A stretch of DNA of 64,000 bases. Source: a virus. A model generated the notes under the pieces. That model saw only the letters and a program-made list of their open reading frames with translations. It ran no database searches and was not told the DNA's origin. The DNA lies in IMG/VR virus record IMGVR_UViG_3300002056_000074, one strand, 5' to 3'. Positions 30,898 to 41,183 of this stretch are shown here, piece by piece. The position numbers were made by a program, and so were the translations under genes. Numbering within the stretch: position 1 is the first letter of the stretch; every line of letters starts with the position of its first letter.

Positions 30898-33345
30898 TTA
30901 AGCACGCCATTTTACGAAAATAGAAACCGCAGTATCTCTGAGATTTCCCCCCACATTTCGGAGGCGGATGCGATCTCCCTGATTAAAATCGACGTTAAGG
31001 GTAGTATTAACAAATTGTGCATTAGGGCTGACAACAAAACTTCCAGCAGCAGCTACTGGTGTTGTAGATGCACCATTGTAAATATTGATGGTGCTAGCCT
31101 CTTGAGCATTCTCACAATGTGCGGTTGCCATGACAATAGTTCCATCCAATGGCATAATATATCCAGAATCTGCATCTCTTGCGCCTGCAATTTCAATCCA
31201 ATCGTTGTTAGATAGTGCGTTTTCAGACCACATAAAGGTATTTGAATCAACAGACAATTCTTTATCTGCACGAGTACTATCTGGAATAGTTGCAATTTGT
31301 TGGCCATTAATATCCGACATTGAAATATCAGGAATTCCTAATATGGCTGCAACACCATCAGCTAATTGTTGACCAGACATTGATACATTATCGATACCAT
31401 TGAAAGCTGCTAATTCGTCAGTAGCAGATAATTCATCTGTAGAGTCAGTCAAATTATCAATATCAAGACCAATAGTAGGATTGGATGGGTCAGTATTATC
31501 AATTACAATTCCCTGTTCTCCTGCTGCGGTTGAAATAGAAACGGAACCAACCAAATCAAGATCATTAACAAGATCGTCAAATGTTACTTTAGTAACTTCA
31601 CCTGTTGTTGGATTTACAACCAACAATTCATCTGTTCCAGAAACATCACTCGCTATCGGATCTACTGAATTACCATTTAGGGAGAAGCGCAGCTCACTAT
31701 CCGCATTATTAACATCAAGTGATAGGCCACCATCTGCTCCAATAGTAAATGTATCATTTGCCTGATCTGCTACAATATTCACATCACCAGTTGTATTACC
31801 ATCTGCAACAATAGTAACAAAAGCATTTGCAGTTGCCGATTCTGCGATTTCATTAATCGTATATGTTCTATTTTCATCCGCAGAAACATCATAAACAATA
31901 ACAAGATCGTCTGATGCTATAGCATCTCTACTAGGTGTATTCTGGATATCCAAGCCAATAACAGGATTGTTTGCAACACCATCGCCATCCGAGATGACTA
32001 ATCCACCCAAATCACCCGCTGGGGCAACTTCAATTTCTCTACTCGTATACGAACCGTCTGCAAGTCTTACTGGAAATCCTTCCCCAGTAATGCCATTTAC
32101 GACACCCAGATCAGTTAAAACATCTCCGAACGTGGTTTTTGCAGTATTGGTAGAGTCGGATACATCACCAATAATAATCTCGTCGGTAAGTTCAACTGAA
32201 TCTGGTGCCACTGATACATTTGTCGTAATAACTGAAAATTCAGTGCCATTCAGTGCCAGTCCTTCCCCTGCACCATAAGTTCCCTGACCACTATTTTGTG
32301 TCCAATTAACATCATCTGTGTTTAGACTAAGTTCTCCATCACCAGTAACTACCCATCCAGTTGATCCATTAACCGTTCCACCTTCAACGAACGTAGTATT
32401 ACCGGCAGATACTTCATTTGAAGAGCTACCATCTTGATCCTCTGCTCTAGTAAATACCGTTTCAGAAGCTGCATCAGCACCAGAAACCACGTAGATACCA
32501 TTCTGTGTTGGATCAATTTGATCTTTTATTAATATTCTGTCACCATCTTCCAATGTCACGCCATCAACTACGGTTGCACCTACGGCTGGGGCAGTTAATG
32601 TATCACCCACACCATTTGCTCCGGCATCAACATAAGTAAATCCAGTATCAACTACTGAAGCGGCCTGAACTGATTCTTTGTGATCCATGCCATTTGCTAA
32701 GGCATCTACGTATTCTTTATTTGTAACATCCTTTGGATTAACAGGAGCATCTTGTACTGTTAGTTCACCACCAGAAGCAACATTGATTGTTGCACTTGGT
32801 GCTACTTCTAATGTTCCACTACTAAGGGTGTCACCCGTGTTGCGTAAAAAGTTATCTTCTAAATCAAGTTTCCCCGTATCCGAATCGTAAGAAACAGCAT
32901 CTTCCGCAGAGAACATATCTCCAACAATATCTTGTATAGCAGAAGAATTATCTGTACTTGCTAATACGTCTGTTAGTGGTTTGGCAGTTGCCGTGGTTCC
33001 GTTTGGACCAATAGTAACAACGTGATCCTCAGTCAAGGCTATGTTGGGATCATCTAGTGCAGCAAATCGACCACCCAGAACTCCCCAATGAATTTGGTTA
33101 TGATTTCTAAGCACTTGTGCGGATTCAGTTTCAGATAACTCAATTAATTCATTTGGATCACGTGGATCAAGAACCGTAATTGCACCTGCAGTTACTGCTG
33201 CTTGTAAATCTGCTGAATTTGAAACATCTTCTGCTCGCTCATCCACTAAATCATATATATCACCCACATCACCCGAAATTGTCAATCCTAAATCATTTAC
33301 AATAAGTGGACCTTGAAGTTTGATAACCAGTTTAATTGCTGCCAT
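30898..33345 (-). CDS. Acidic fibre/appendage protein
   Basis: VTNKEYVD, DGVTLEDGDRILIKDQ..QNGIYVV motif common in phage fibre proteins; C-terminal domain paralogous to 34434..34943. Confidence 0.75.
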   Translation of the reverse strand: MAAIKLVIKLQGPLIVNDLGLTISGDVGDIYDLVDERAEDVSNSADLQAAVTAGAITVLDPRDPNELIELSETESAQVLRNHNQIHWGVLGGRFAALDDPNIALTEDHVVTIGPNGTTATAKPLTDVLASTDNSSAIQDIVGDMFSAEDAVSYDSDTGKLDLEDNFLRNTGDTLSSGTLEVAPSATINVASGGELTVQDAPVNPKDVTNKEYVDALANGMDHKESVQAASVVDTGFTYVDAGANGVGDTLTAPAVGATVVDGVTLEDGDRILIKDQIDPTQNGIYVVSGADAASETVFTRAEDQDGSSSNEVSAGNTTFVEGGTVNGSTGWVVTGDGELSLNTDDVNWTQNSGQGTYGAGEGLALNGTEFSVITTNVSVAPDSVELTDEIIIGDVSDSTNTAKTTFGDVLTDLGVVNGITGEGFPVRLADGSYTSREIEVAPAGDLGGLVISDGDGVANNPVIGLDIQNTPSRDAIASDDLVIVYDVSADENRTYTINEIAESATANAFVTIVADGNTTGDVNIVADQANDTFTIGADGGLSLDVNNADSELRFSLNGNSVDPIASDVSGTDELLVVNPTTGEVTKVTFDDLVNDLDLVGSVSISTAAGEQGIVIDNTDPSNPTIGLDIDNLTDSTDELSATDELAAFNGIDNVSMSGQQLADGVAAILGIPDISMSDINGQQIATIPDSTRADKELSVDSNTFMWSENALSNNDWIEIAGARDADSGYIMPLDGTIVMATAHCENAQEASTINIYNGASTTPVAAAGSFVVSPNAQFVNTTLNVDFNQGDRIRLRNVGGNLRDTAVSIFVKWRA

Positions 33346-33403
33346 AATATTTTATTCCGATGATATATGTAAATGCACAAGCACTATCACATTATTTATT
33401 AAA

Positions 33404-34412
33404 TTATGATAAAATTATATGATTATATATATTTGGTTGTGATCTAATATTATCAGTTATCAAACAAAGCAACTTTTCTAACAATCTAATTTTTTCAACT
33501 TTTGATGTTTTATAATTGAATACATTATAATTAACATATATAAGTGTTATTTTATTATCTTTGGATATCTGGCGCTTTCGTTTATCCCGCCATTGAGTTA
33601 ATTTAAATTTTTCAACTCCTCCAAAGTGTGTTACAGGGTAAAAATGCTGTTCGCCGTTAATTTCTATAGCTATATTATATTTTGGTAAAAAAATATCATA
33701 ATGTTGAGGAGCTGATGATCTCTGTGGATCATCCATCATAAACTTTGGGGTGTATGAATTTTCAACGATAATGTCATCATCGAGATTATTTTTAATATAT
33801 TCAAATACTTCAAATTCTGTTTTATTGATTGGATTGCAGTGTGTACAACCCATATATTCATCTTTGAATATATTGGATGGTAGACTATTCCATTCGTTAT
33901 TACATGAATTACATTTACATCTGATATATTCATTGGTTTTTGTAAACGGAGTTAGAAACGTAATATTTAAATGTTTAGTACGATTTTCAAATTCTTGGGG
34001 TGATAATCTACCGCTTAATCCCTTTTTAATATTTCCACACTTCGGACAACCTCTAGGATTGCGCTTTTTCAATAAATTGTTTGGTCGTGCATTCCATTCA
34101 TGTGAACAAATATTACACTTACATTTAACCAGAGATGAATAATTTTTGTATTTTCCTAACACAGTAATTGGATATGAACTTAACTCACGAATAAATTGTT
34201 CGTGAGTTTTTTTTGGTTGATTTTACCCAACAACTTTTACAATTTTTTATATTCTTTCTTTTTAAGTTACTAAAATTCGCTCGATGTACATCACCACAAT
34301 TTAAACACTTATATTCTATTGGAATCGAATCCTTAATATAAGGACTAAGTAGTTCTAAATTTAAATTCAGTAGTGTTTTCTTTACTATATCGACAGATAA
34401 TATTCTACCCAT
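33404..34412 (-). pseudogene. Zn-module + PD-(D/E)xK (Vsr/DUF559-like) endonuclease split by a +1 frameshift in an A8 run
   Basis: Removing one A at 34207-34214 joins CKSCWVKST to KKTHEQFIRELSSYPITVLGKY; C-terminal YDIFLP..IAIEINGEQHF..RDKRK. Confidence 0.8.
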
Positions 34413-34430
34413 AATATTCTACCCATAATA
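34397..34430. repeat. 14-bp tandem duplication over the start codon
   Basis: ATAATATTCTACCC x2 + ATAATA. Confidence 0.9.
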
Positions 34431-34433
34431 CCT

Positions 34434-34943
34434 TTAAGGGACTAATCGATGCTTTATTGTTAAATTAACTACAACGTCTTGAATATTTCCGGGAGTTGAT
34501 CCAGATACATCCTGTGCTTGTAGGCGGATTTTTTGACCTCTGGTATAATCTATATCTAATGTAGTATTAACAAATGTTGAATTTTCGCCACCTGATAATG
34601 TTCCAATATTACCCTGATCTACATCATCTACAAATAAATGTACATCCTTCTCGCTAGTATCTGTATTTTCACAATGTGCTGAGACATAACATACACATCC
34701 ATCGAATTCAGCAATAAATCCAGATTCAGCATGAGCGACATTTCCTAAACGGAGCCAATCTAAATCATCAACCCTACCTCTAGTAAAAATATGATTTTGT
34801 TCAGAAATACTCAAAATCTTATTCCCCCGCACAGAATCCGGGAATGTAAGCATGGGTTGTCCATTAATAGTAGATTCAACAAATGCGCTAGTAGCGGGGG
34901 GTGATGACGATAATGGTCTTGTAAGTACTATACTGGTAGTCAT
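34434..34943 (-). CDS. Small virion protein, paralog of the C-terminal domain of 30898..33345
   Basis: INGQ...PDSxR.xKxLS...DW...SGxI..DG...AHCEN...FVNTTL.xD...G.xIRL shared. Confidence 0.75.
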   Translation of the reverse strand: MTTSIVLTRPLSSSPPATSAFVESTINGQPMLTFPDSVRGNKILSISEQNHIFTRGRVDDLDWLRLGNVAHAESGFIAEFDGCVCYVSAHCENTDTSEKDVHLFVDDVDQGNIGTLSGGENSTFVNTTLDIDYTRGQKIRLQAQDVSGSTPGNIQDVVVNLTIKHRLVP

Positions 34944-35185
34944 TACTTTTCCAGAATACCGTTAAACTTCCTTGCTAACGTTTTAAGTGATCCTTCTGTA
35001 ATTAATACCATATCAATTAACTCAGATTCAAATTCTTCCACCTCTCTAATTGGGATATGTATAATTTTTGATTTCTTATTGTGTAGGGTCACTGAATACT
35101 CACTATAATCAATAGATTTGTCCAGTGATGGTTTTTCAGTCGTGTTGGTATTTTGCAATCCTGATAAAAATGAAAATTTTTGCAT
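34943..35185 (-). CDS. Hypothetical protein
   Basis: 80 aa, TAAATA at 35212-35217 upstream, 1-nt overlap with the next gene. Confidence 0.7.
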   Translation of the reverse strand: MQKFSFLSGLQNTNTTEKPSLDKSIDYSEYSVTLHNKKSKIIHIPIREVEEFESELIDMVLITEGSLKTLARKFNGILEK

Positions 35186-35284
35186 CTACTTAATATCCAA
35201 TGGTATAAATGTATTTAGTGTGTTGTTTAGGAACATTGCATAAATATTTATATTATAAGTATATACTGTAACATGGAAATATAA

Positions 35285-35977
35285 ATGTCTGAAATCATCA
35301 TAACATCTTATTTTGCGTCTAACGGTGTTCCATCAATTGGATTGACGCCATCATTAAGAATTTGGGAGATTACCAATAATGGACAAGATTTGATTATTGG
35401 CGACTCAGAAGGAACGGGAAATGCTGGGCCTGCTGGTGGTGGTAATGGTGCTGGAAGTACTGGTGTTGATGGTGTCATGGTTGAAGTAGTTGATAATTCT
35501 GCAAGTGATGGTTTCTATCGTTATACTTTCGATGAATTTAATGGATACGATCCTTTAAAATGTTACGTATTTAGAGTCGATGGTGGTGACACACTCAATC
35601 CATCCGAACGGTATCAGGCAGGAGAACTTTCAATTGAACAAAACGCGGAAGCATTGGTTGACTTAATTTATAATGAGCCTGCCAATGAACATATCGTGAC
35701 AGGTAGTTTTGGTGAGGTTATAAACCAAATCAATGCTACAACCGCACAAACATTTATGGATTTGGGTGATGTTATGGAATTGGTAGAACTTGTAAGAAAG
35801 TACAATACAAATAGAACGCGAGTCGATATGGCTACCAACCAATTAACAGTATATGATGATGACTGCGTGACGCCGCTGAGGGTGTTTAACATGTTGAATG
35901 GTAACGGAGAACCAAGCCTATCTGAAATGTGTGAGCGTGTTCCAACGGCTGCCTCTGACGGCCAGCCTGTGTGTTAA
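35285..35977 (+). CDS. Hypothetical (late) protein
   Basis: 230 aa; TAAATA at 35241-35246. Confidence 0.75.
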   Translation: MSEIIITSYFASNGVPSIGLTPSLRIWEITNNGQDLIIGDSEGTGNAGPAGGGNGAGSTGVDGVMVEVVDNSASDGFYRYTFDEFNGYDPLKCYVFRVDGGDTLNPSERYQAGELSIEQNAEALVDLIYNEPANEHIVTGSFGEVINQINATTAQTFMDLGDVMELVELVRKYNTNRTRVDMATNQLTVYDDDCVTPLRVFNMLNGNGEPSLSEMCERVPTAASDGQPVC

Positions 35978-35978
35978 G

Positions 35979-36482
35979 ATGACGCCTGCTGTTGTATCAG
36001 TATTAACCAACGGACTTACCTGTGGTCAAACTACTGCATGTCAGGGTGGAACCCTTATAACTGCTGGACCATTTTATATATGGTGTCAAATGGTCCCACC
36101 ACCAGTTCCAGATCCGGGTGGTGGGGGAGCAACGATATCGAATGGTTGGGCTGCACCTATCCACGCACAACCAACTGGCCCAACACCCATTAGAAATAAT
36201 AGTATTCATAACCCAAATAACCAAACACTAGTTGGTAATCCATATCAACATTTAGGTAATAAATCGCCCGTCGTAATAACCTTCAAATTGGGAAATATTG
36301 AGCGTGAAAAAATTTACATGGTTGATAATAATAAACGAGAAGTAATTATTAAAGTGGGTAACATTATCCATAAAATAGAGGCCAAAGTTTCGGTAACAAT
36401 TTCATCACTAAGAAGAACAACCGGCAATATAAAAATAAAAATATTAAACTCTCGCATGTTTAGAAGTAAAAATAGTGATTGA
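35979..36482 (+). CDS. Hypothetical protein
   Basis: Start moved to ATG 35979 (MTPAVVSVL), 1 nt after the upstream stop. Confidence 0.65.
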   Translation: MTPAVVSVLTNGLTCGQTTACQGGTLITAGPFYIWCQMVPPPVPDPGGGGATISNGWAAPIHAQPTGPTPIRNNSIHNPNNQTLVGNPYQHLGNKSPVVITFKLGNIEREKIYMVDNNKREVIIKVGNIIHKIEAKVSVTISSLRRTTGNIKIKILNSRMFRSKNSD

Positions 36483-36517
36483 GCACCTAAATACATATTC
36501 AAAGAACGAGAAAATCA

Positions 36518-37111
36518 ATGAGCGAAATTCTACAACTTAACCATCAAAGTGAAAATACCTACGAATTTACTTTAGACGTTGATGGAATTACTTCATCCGA
36601 AATTCGAGCTTGGTTTATTATCAAGACTGCATCACTGGAATTATCATTTCCATGTACTCAAGATAATAAAGAATTTAAATGTATCATTCCCGCAATACCC
36701 TATATCGAAAGAAGTACATATACTGCATGTATTCGAATAACTGCGAATGGATTCTTTTTTGAACCAGTGACTGACTTACTTGTTAATGTAGTCGGGAATC
36801 TAAATCTAGAAACAGGTAGTGTCAAAGAAGTAAAATTAACTCCGAAAGTAAAACCTAAATTTGACAATATGAAAGAGTTTTCAAAAAAGAAGGAAGTCAA
36901 AACTAAGAGTAAGGAGAAAAAGAAGGTTAGTGAATCAATCGCAAATAACATTTTAAATGAATTTGATAATGGATTAATGATTGAAGAGATAGATAATGAT
37001 ACTTCAACAATTGACTTGAATAAGGATGCAAAAGTTAAGTCTATATTGGAAGGATACACATCACGAAAAACTTCTGTTAAAAATACACAAAAGTTTATTA
37101 GGAAATCCTAA
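36518..37111 (+). CDS. Hypothetical (late) protein
   Basis: 197 aa; CCTAAATAC (core 36488-36493) upstream. Confidence 0.75.
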   Translation: MSEILQLNHQSENTYEFTLDVDGITSSEIRAWFIIKTASLELSFPCTQDNKEFKCIIPAIPYIERSTYTACIRITANGFFFEPVTDLLVNVVGNLNLETGSVKEVKLTPKVKPKFDNMKEFSKKKEVKTKSKEKKKVSESIANNILNEFDNGLMIEEIDNDTSTIDLNKDAKVKSILEGYTSRKTSVKNTQKFIRKS

Positions 37112-37680
37112 GATACCATACCAGCCCTTTTTAGGGATTCTAACGTTTTAATAATATGTTTACATACACCCGGAAGCTTCTTAGGGTTATCGGAGGCTCT
37201 ATCTGTGATTGGAGTATATGGCATAGGCTTCTTACCCGATAAACTCCCGTCAGTGGCGTTGTATGGAGCAAAGCGATGATAAAAATCTAAACATGAGCAC
37301 CTCACTTTCACATTAATATTTGATAATTTTATTTTTTCAACGTGGTACGTTTCACTATCAGCACCCGTGAATGTTACATTACCAAAAGTCTCTATATCTT
37401 CAAAATTGACATCTAGAAATTGAATTGAGACATCATACTTATTACCATCACTTACGACTGGTGCCTTTATTTCCAATATATTAGATGGTATTGCTGGAAT
37501 CATACTAATCTGTCTAACCTGAACAGCATCGGTCGAAAATTGGCGACGTTTGGTATTTAATTGCTTTATATTATTCTGTAATTGTATAGCAGTAGTTTCG
37601 TCAAGAACGACGGATTGTTGATCTTCATTTTCAATCTGATCAACAATCCGTTTTCCGCGAATAAAATGAAATTCTGACAT
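37108..37680 (-). CDS. SWIM-type zinc-finger protein
   Basis: VRCSCLDF...GVCKHI (CxC...CxH). Confidence 0.7.
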   Translation of the reverse strand: MSEFHFIRGKRIVDQIENEDQQSVVLDETTAIQLQNNIKQLNTKRRQFSTDAVQVRQISMIPAIPSNILEIKAPVVSDGNKYDVSIQFLDVNFEDIETFGNVTFTGADSETYHVEKIKLSNINVKVRCSCLDFYHRFAPYNATDGSLSGKKPMPYTPITDRASDNPKKLPGVCKHIIKTLESLKRAGMVS

Positions 37681-37708
37681 AATTTAAATACCTCATCAGG
37701 GGTATTTA

Positions 37709-38860
37709 TTATTTCAATACAATTGTAGAAAATTCACCGATTAGAGGATATGACAAACCGTAATACTGATTGACTACTGATGATTCTGGTAGTTGCTTAT
37801 CGTCTCGTGTAATCCTTCGTGATTTTAGAGTATCCAAAGGAACTCGAAAAAGTTGAGCACATGTATGATATCCGCGCCGATCTGCTTCTGTCAAATACAC
37901 CCTACGGCGCTTAGCACTTAAGTTAGTATTATCAATATACATTGACCCACCATCTTTAATTTTAGATACAAAATCACGCATTACCTTAGAAGAAAATTCT
38001 GGATCATCACATGATTCCTTAAATGCAATCGCCGGATCATTTGAATATAACTCCAATCGCAGCTGATCCATAGAATGAACCACTACATCTAATGTGGTTA
38101 ATTCTTTATCAAAAAATGTAGATTTTCCTGATCCAGATGTGCCAACCGGAACATAAAGAGTTGGTGCGTCTGTTGTTGGTGCTGATGATAGTGTAATTGT
38201 ATTGTCAGATCTCACAATTGGAAAATCCATATCATTTGATAACAATATATAATGTTGAATTTTTTCTTCAACATTCTTCATATTATTCTTGTCATCAGTA
38301 ATTCTACCCATATTATCCGCCCACAACAAATCAAGATATGACAGAAAATTTTTATTGTTTAACATACTTCTAAAAATATTAAGAAGCTTTTTTGGATTTT
38401 TTGTACCCCAAGGACGATGATGTTCAATCATCACCGAAATAACATATGCATCTACACCAGAAATATTAAACGCGGATTTTAGGTAATCTTTGTGATTGGC
38501 ATAGAAATCCTCCCACATTCTAGCTGATCGCAATTCATGGCCTGCAAATGATTTGTAATTGCCACGTTCCTCAGTGAATTTATCCTCTTTTACATGAGGC
38601 TTCCCAACATCGTGAAATGCTGCTGCCATTAATGCCAAAGTAGGAGAATGGGATGTTTTTACATCTACAGAATTACTACTCAGGCGCTGAATGAGATTCA
38701 TTACTACCATATCGGTATGGCGAGCAACATTATTTTCTCTGTGGTATGGAGAGTCTTCCTGCATCCTCTCCATTTGTCCATATATACCCAGACTCTTGAA
38801 AACGTTATTATAAAATTCAATAAAGTTAGGTAGTTGATTTGCTAGATTGTTTTTTCTCAC
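37709..38860 (-). CDS. HD phosphohydrolase + P-loop polynucleotide kinase fusion (Pnkp-like end healing)
   Basis: SPYHRE..HT..FHDVGK..GHE..SA (HD); GTSGSGKST, SMDQLR, IDNTNL (AAA_33-type kinase). Confidence 0.85.
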   Translation of the reverse strand: MRKNNLANQLPNFIEFYNNVFKSLGIYGQMERMQEDSPYHRENNVARHTDMVVMNLIQRLSSNSVDVKTSHSPTLALMAAAFHDVGKPHVKEDKFTEERGNYKSFAGHELRSARMWEDFYANHKDYLKSAFNISGVDAYVISVMIEHHRPWGTKNPKKLLNIFRSMLNNKNFLSYLDLLWADNMGRITDDKNNMKNVEEKIQHYILLSNDMDFPIVRSDNTITLSSAPTTDAPTLYVPVGTSGSGKSTFFDKELTTLDVVVHSMDQLRLELYSNDPAIAFKESCDDPEFSSKVMRDFVSKIKDGGSMYIDNTNLSAKRRRVYLTEADRRGYHTCAQLFRVPLDTLKSRRITRDDKQLPESSVVNQYYGLSYPLIGEFSTIVLK

Positions 38861-39560
38861 GGGCTTTTTTACTCAGTTTCTTGTTTATATTAACCCGAGT
38901 CAAAATTGTTTGTCTCAAGCCATTAAATTTTTCATGTTTTTTTACAGTAGCGCGTATATCATACACCCTTCCTGCTACGAATGCGTTAATTTGATCAATA
39001 TTTGAGGGGAACCACACAAACAAATTTCGTTCAGAATCTAAAAATTTTATTATTACACTTTCACAATCAACTCTTGAGATAATCTTTGATTCGAGAACTG
39101 TCACTCCCAGTTCATATCGATTTTTGATGTCTCCGAAAAAATTATTAGAATATAATTTTTCATTCTCTATTCTATTTTTATGGCTCATCTTAAAAGAATT
39201 AATTGCTGATACCAACATGGGAAATTCATATGTTGGTATCTCTTCCTTATGAACAAGTTGTCGCAATTTCCGCATATAATCACTGCCACCATCCTGTGAT
39301 AAAATCCATTCAATTACCGCAGATGCAACAAATTTATCAGTTGATTCCTTACCCTTACGAGCTGTTGCTACAGTCTCTTTTTTTGTCAGTGCTGCGCCAA
39401 TCGCAATCTCATTTACAGTAAGAATGGTTGTTACAATATCTGCAGTTGACTCAGCACCTGTTGTAAACGCATCCTTCTTTGATTTCCATCCATAGGTACA
39501 TATCACAGCATTTGCACAAGTGAGAACATCCAAACAACTATAAAGTTTCCGTCTTGACAT
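38826..39560 (-). CDS. Hypothetical protein with probable C-terminal OB-fold
   Basis: G...RYELGVTV...FLD..NLFVWF...IRATVKKHEKFNGLRQTILTRV. Confidence 0.6.
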   Translation of the reverse strand: MSRRKLYSCLDVLTCANAVICTYGWKSKKDAFTTGAESTADIVTTILTVNEIAIGAALTKKETVATARKGKESTDKFVASAVIEWILSQDGGSDYMRKLRQLVHKEEIPTYEFPMLVSAINSFKMSHKNRIENEKLYSNNFFGDIKNRYELGVTVLESKIISRVDCESVIIKFLDSERNLFVWFPSNIDQINAFVAGRVYDIRATVKKHEKFNGLRQTILTRVNINKKLSKKAREKKQSSKSTT

Positions 39561-39596
39561 TTTTATATTATTTGATGGTTGTTAATTTAATAGAGC

Positions 39597-39605
39597 ATTC
39601 TAACA
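39597..39605 (-). promoter_or_regulatory. Extended -10 promoter (TGnTAGAAT)
   Basis: Minus strand TGTTAGAAT, 36 nt upstream of the 39560 start. Confidence 0.5.
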
Positions 39606-39632
39606 CAAAAAATAAAATATGTGTGAATTGGA

Positions 39633-41183
39633 TTAAATAACGATTACTCCAACGTCACTATCATCATCGCCCCAATCTGAACTCCATTCGTCATGTGACT
39701 CTTCATCTTGATGGTTTCCGTATAAGGTATCAAATGCAGCATCTTCGTGGTATGCGATATCCTGCAAAATTCTAACTATTATCAAGACGGCTGCCACACA
39801 ATCATCTGTTGCACCATCCTGTGCTGCATAAGCGGATTTGCTCCGAACAAAGGATTTCAATTCCTTTAATAGAATAGATGATTTAATTTTTAATGTTCCA
39901 GATTCAAACATTTGCTTAAAGGTAACACATGCCGCCATTTTATTTCGTGTTGTAGTTGTCATTCCACGTCTTTTGGAATTTGTTGTGTTTGCATCTGTTA
40001 TGAACTCAACTTCAGGCTGGGTTTCATCATTTTCGAATAATGAAATAATTCCCTCACCGACGCCATTATTTTCAACAGAAAAATAAACTAAACAATTTTT
40101 TGATACTAGATATTGTAGTAGATTTTTTAATACGTCATATAAATCATTAGTATTCATTGTATTGTTTCTATACTCTGCAACCTGCTCCATTGTAGGGAAA
40201 CTGAATACTTGAATTACCGAATAATCCTTTCCACTACCCGTTGCCGGATCAACTCCCAATAAATATGTCTTATCCGATTTTATATTTTCCCAGAATTTAA
40301 CACCCTGAACCTCTCTTATTATTTCATGTTTTTTAATTTCAGATGAAACCACACCCATAAACATACTACTAATAAGTAAGGCATCAGAAGATATAAACTC
40401 ACACTCAAATTCTTGTTTCCATTTTCTTTCTCCTACATCACTAATCATTTTTCGCTTAAAATCATCATCCCTACCGGGTGGTGCATCCCAAGGAACATAG
40501 AGTGATTTGTATTCGTTTGTGCCCATCTCTGCACCGCGCCATAAATCAGCAAATAATCCCTGATCTCCATTTGGGGTGCTTGTGATAATAGCAGAACCAC
40601 CAGTCGATAGCGTGGGTGTAATCGACGCCCAAAATTCCTGCTGTATACGGGGTTCTATAAACGCAAGCTCATCAGAATATAACAATGATACGTCCAATCC
40701 TCGACCAGAATCTTTAGTAGTAGCCTTTGATACTATTCGACATCCATTATCAAATTCCAATTCATGCTTATTGAAGTTTTCGGTATTCGCTCCGGGCTTT
40801 AGCCACATTGGGAGATTTTCATATATATCTCTAATACGAGATACCATTTCCATACTATTAGCATTGTGATTAGACACTATCAGTGTCGTCTTCTTGAAGT
40901 TAAACATGTTAAACCATGCTATATAAGCTCCCGCAACAACACTCTTTCCAGTTTGTCTTGCGCTCATAACAACAACACGATCATTTCCTTTATATAAATT
41001 GATCATATCCTCTTGATAGTCATATAAATCAAGAGGAACTACGCCGAGCTTAGGGTGAACAATCTTTACATAATTCCTACAGAAGTAGATTGGGTCAGCC
41101 ATACAACGCTTAACTTCTAAGACTTGCTCCGGAGTTATTTCAAGTTCTGAATTTGATTTTCGTATATATTGGTTAGCTGCCAT
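39633..41183 (-). CDS. terL: Terminase large subunit (gp17-like)
   Basis: LYDYQ, ARQTGKS Walker A, LYSDE Walker B, STPNG, QEFEC, GVDPATG..DYS, ENN, DDCV. Confidence 0.96.
   Translation of the reverse strand: MAANQYIRKSNSELEITPEQVLEVKRCMADPIYFCRNYVKIVHPKLGVVPLDLYDYQEDMINLYKGNDRVVVMSARQTGKSVVAGAYIAWFNMFNFKKTTLIVSNHNANSMEMVSRIRDIYENLPMWLKPGANTENFNKHELEFDNGCRIVSKATTKDSGRGLDVSLLYSDELAFIEPRIQQEFWASITPTLSTGGSAIITSTPNGDQGLFADLWRGAEMGTNEYKSLYVPWDAPPGRDDDFKRKMISDVGERKWKQEFECEFISSDALLISSMFMGVVSSEIKKHEIIREVQGVKFWENIKSDKTYLLGVDPATGSGKDYSVIQVFSFPTMEQVAEYRNNTMNTNDLYDVLKNLLQYLVSKNCLVYFSVENNGVGEGIISLFENDETQPEVEFITDANTTNSKRRGMTTTTRNKMAACVTFKQMFESGTLKIKSSILLKELKSFVRSKSAYAAQDGATDDCVAAVLIIVRILQDIAYHEDAAFDTLYGNHQDEESHDEWSSDWGDDDSDVGVIVI

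Noticed and set aside
3489-41183. Inteins or group I introns in uvsW, uvsX or terL
   Set aside because: All have normal length and continuous motifs; the nucleases lie between genes, not inside them
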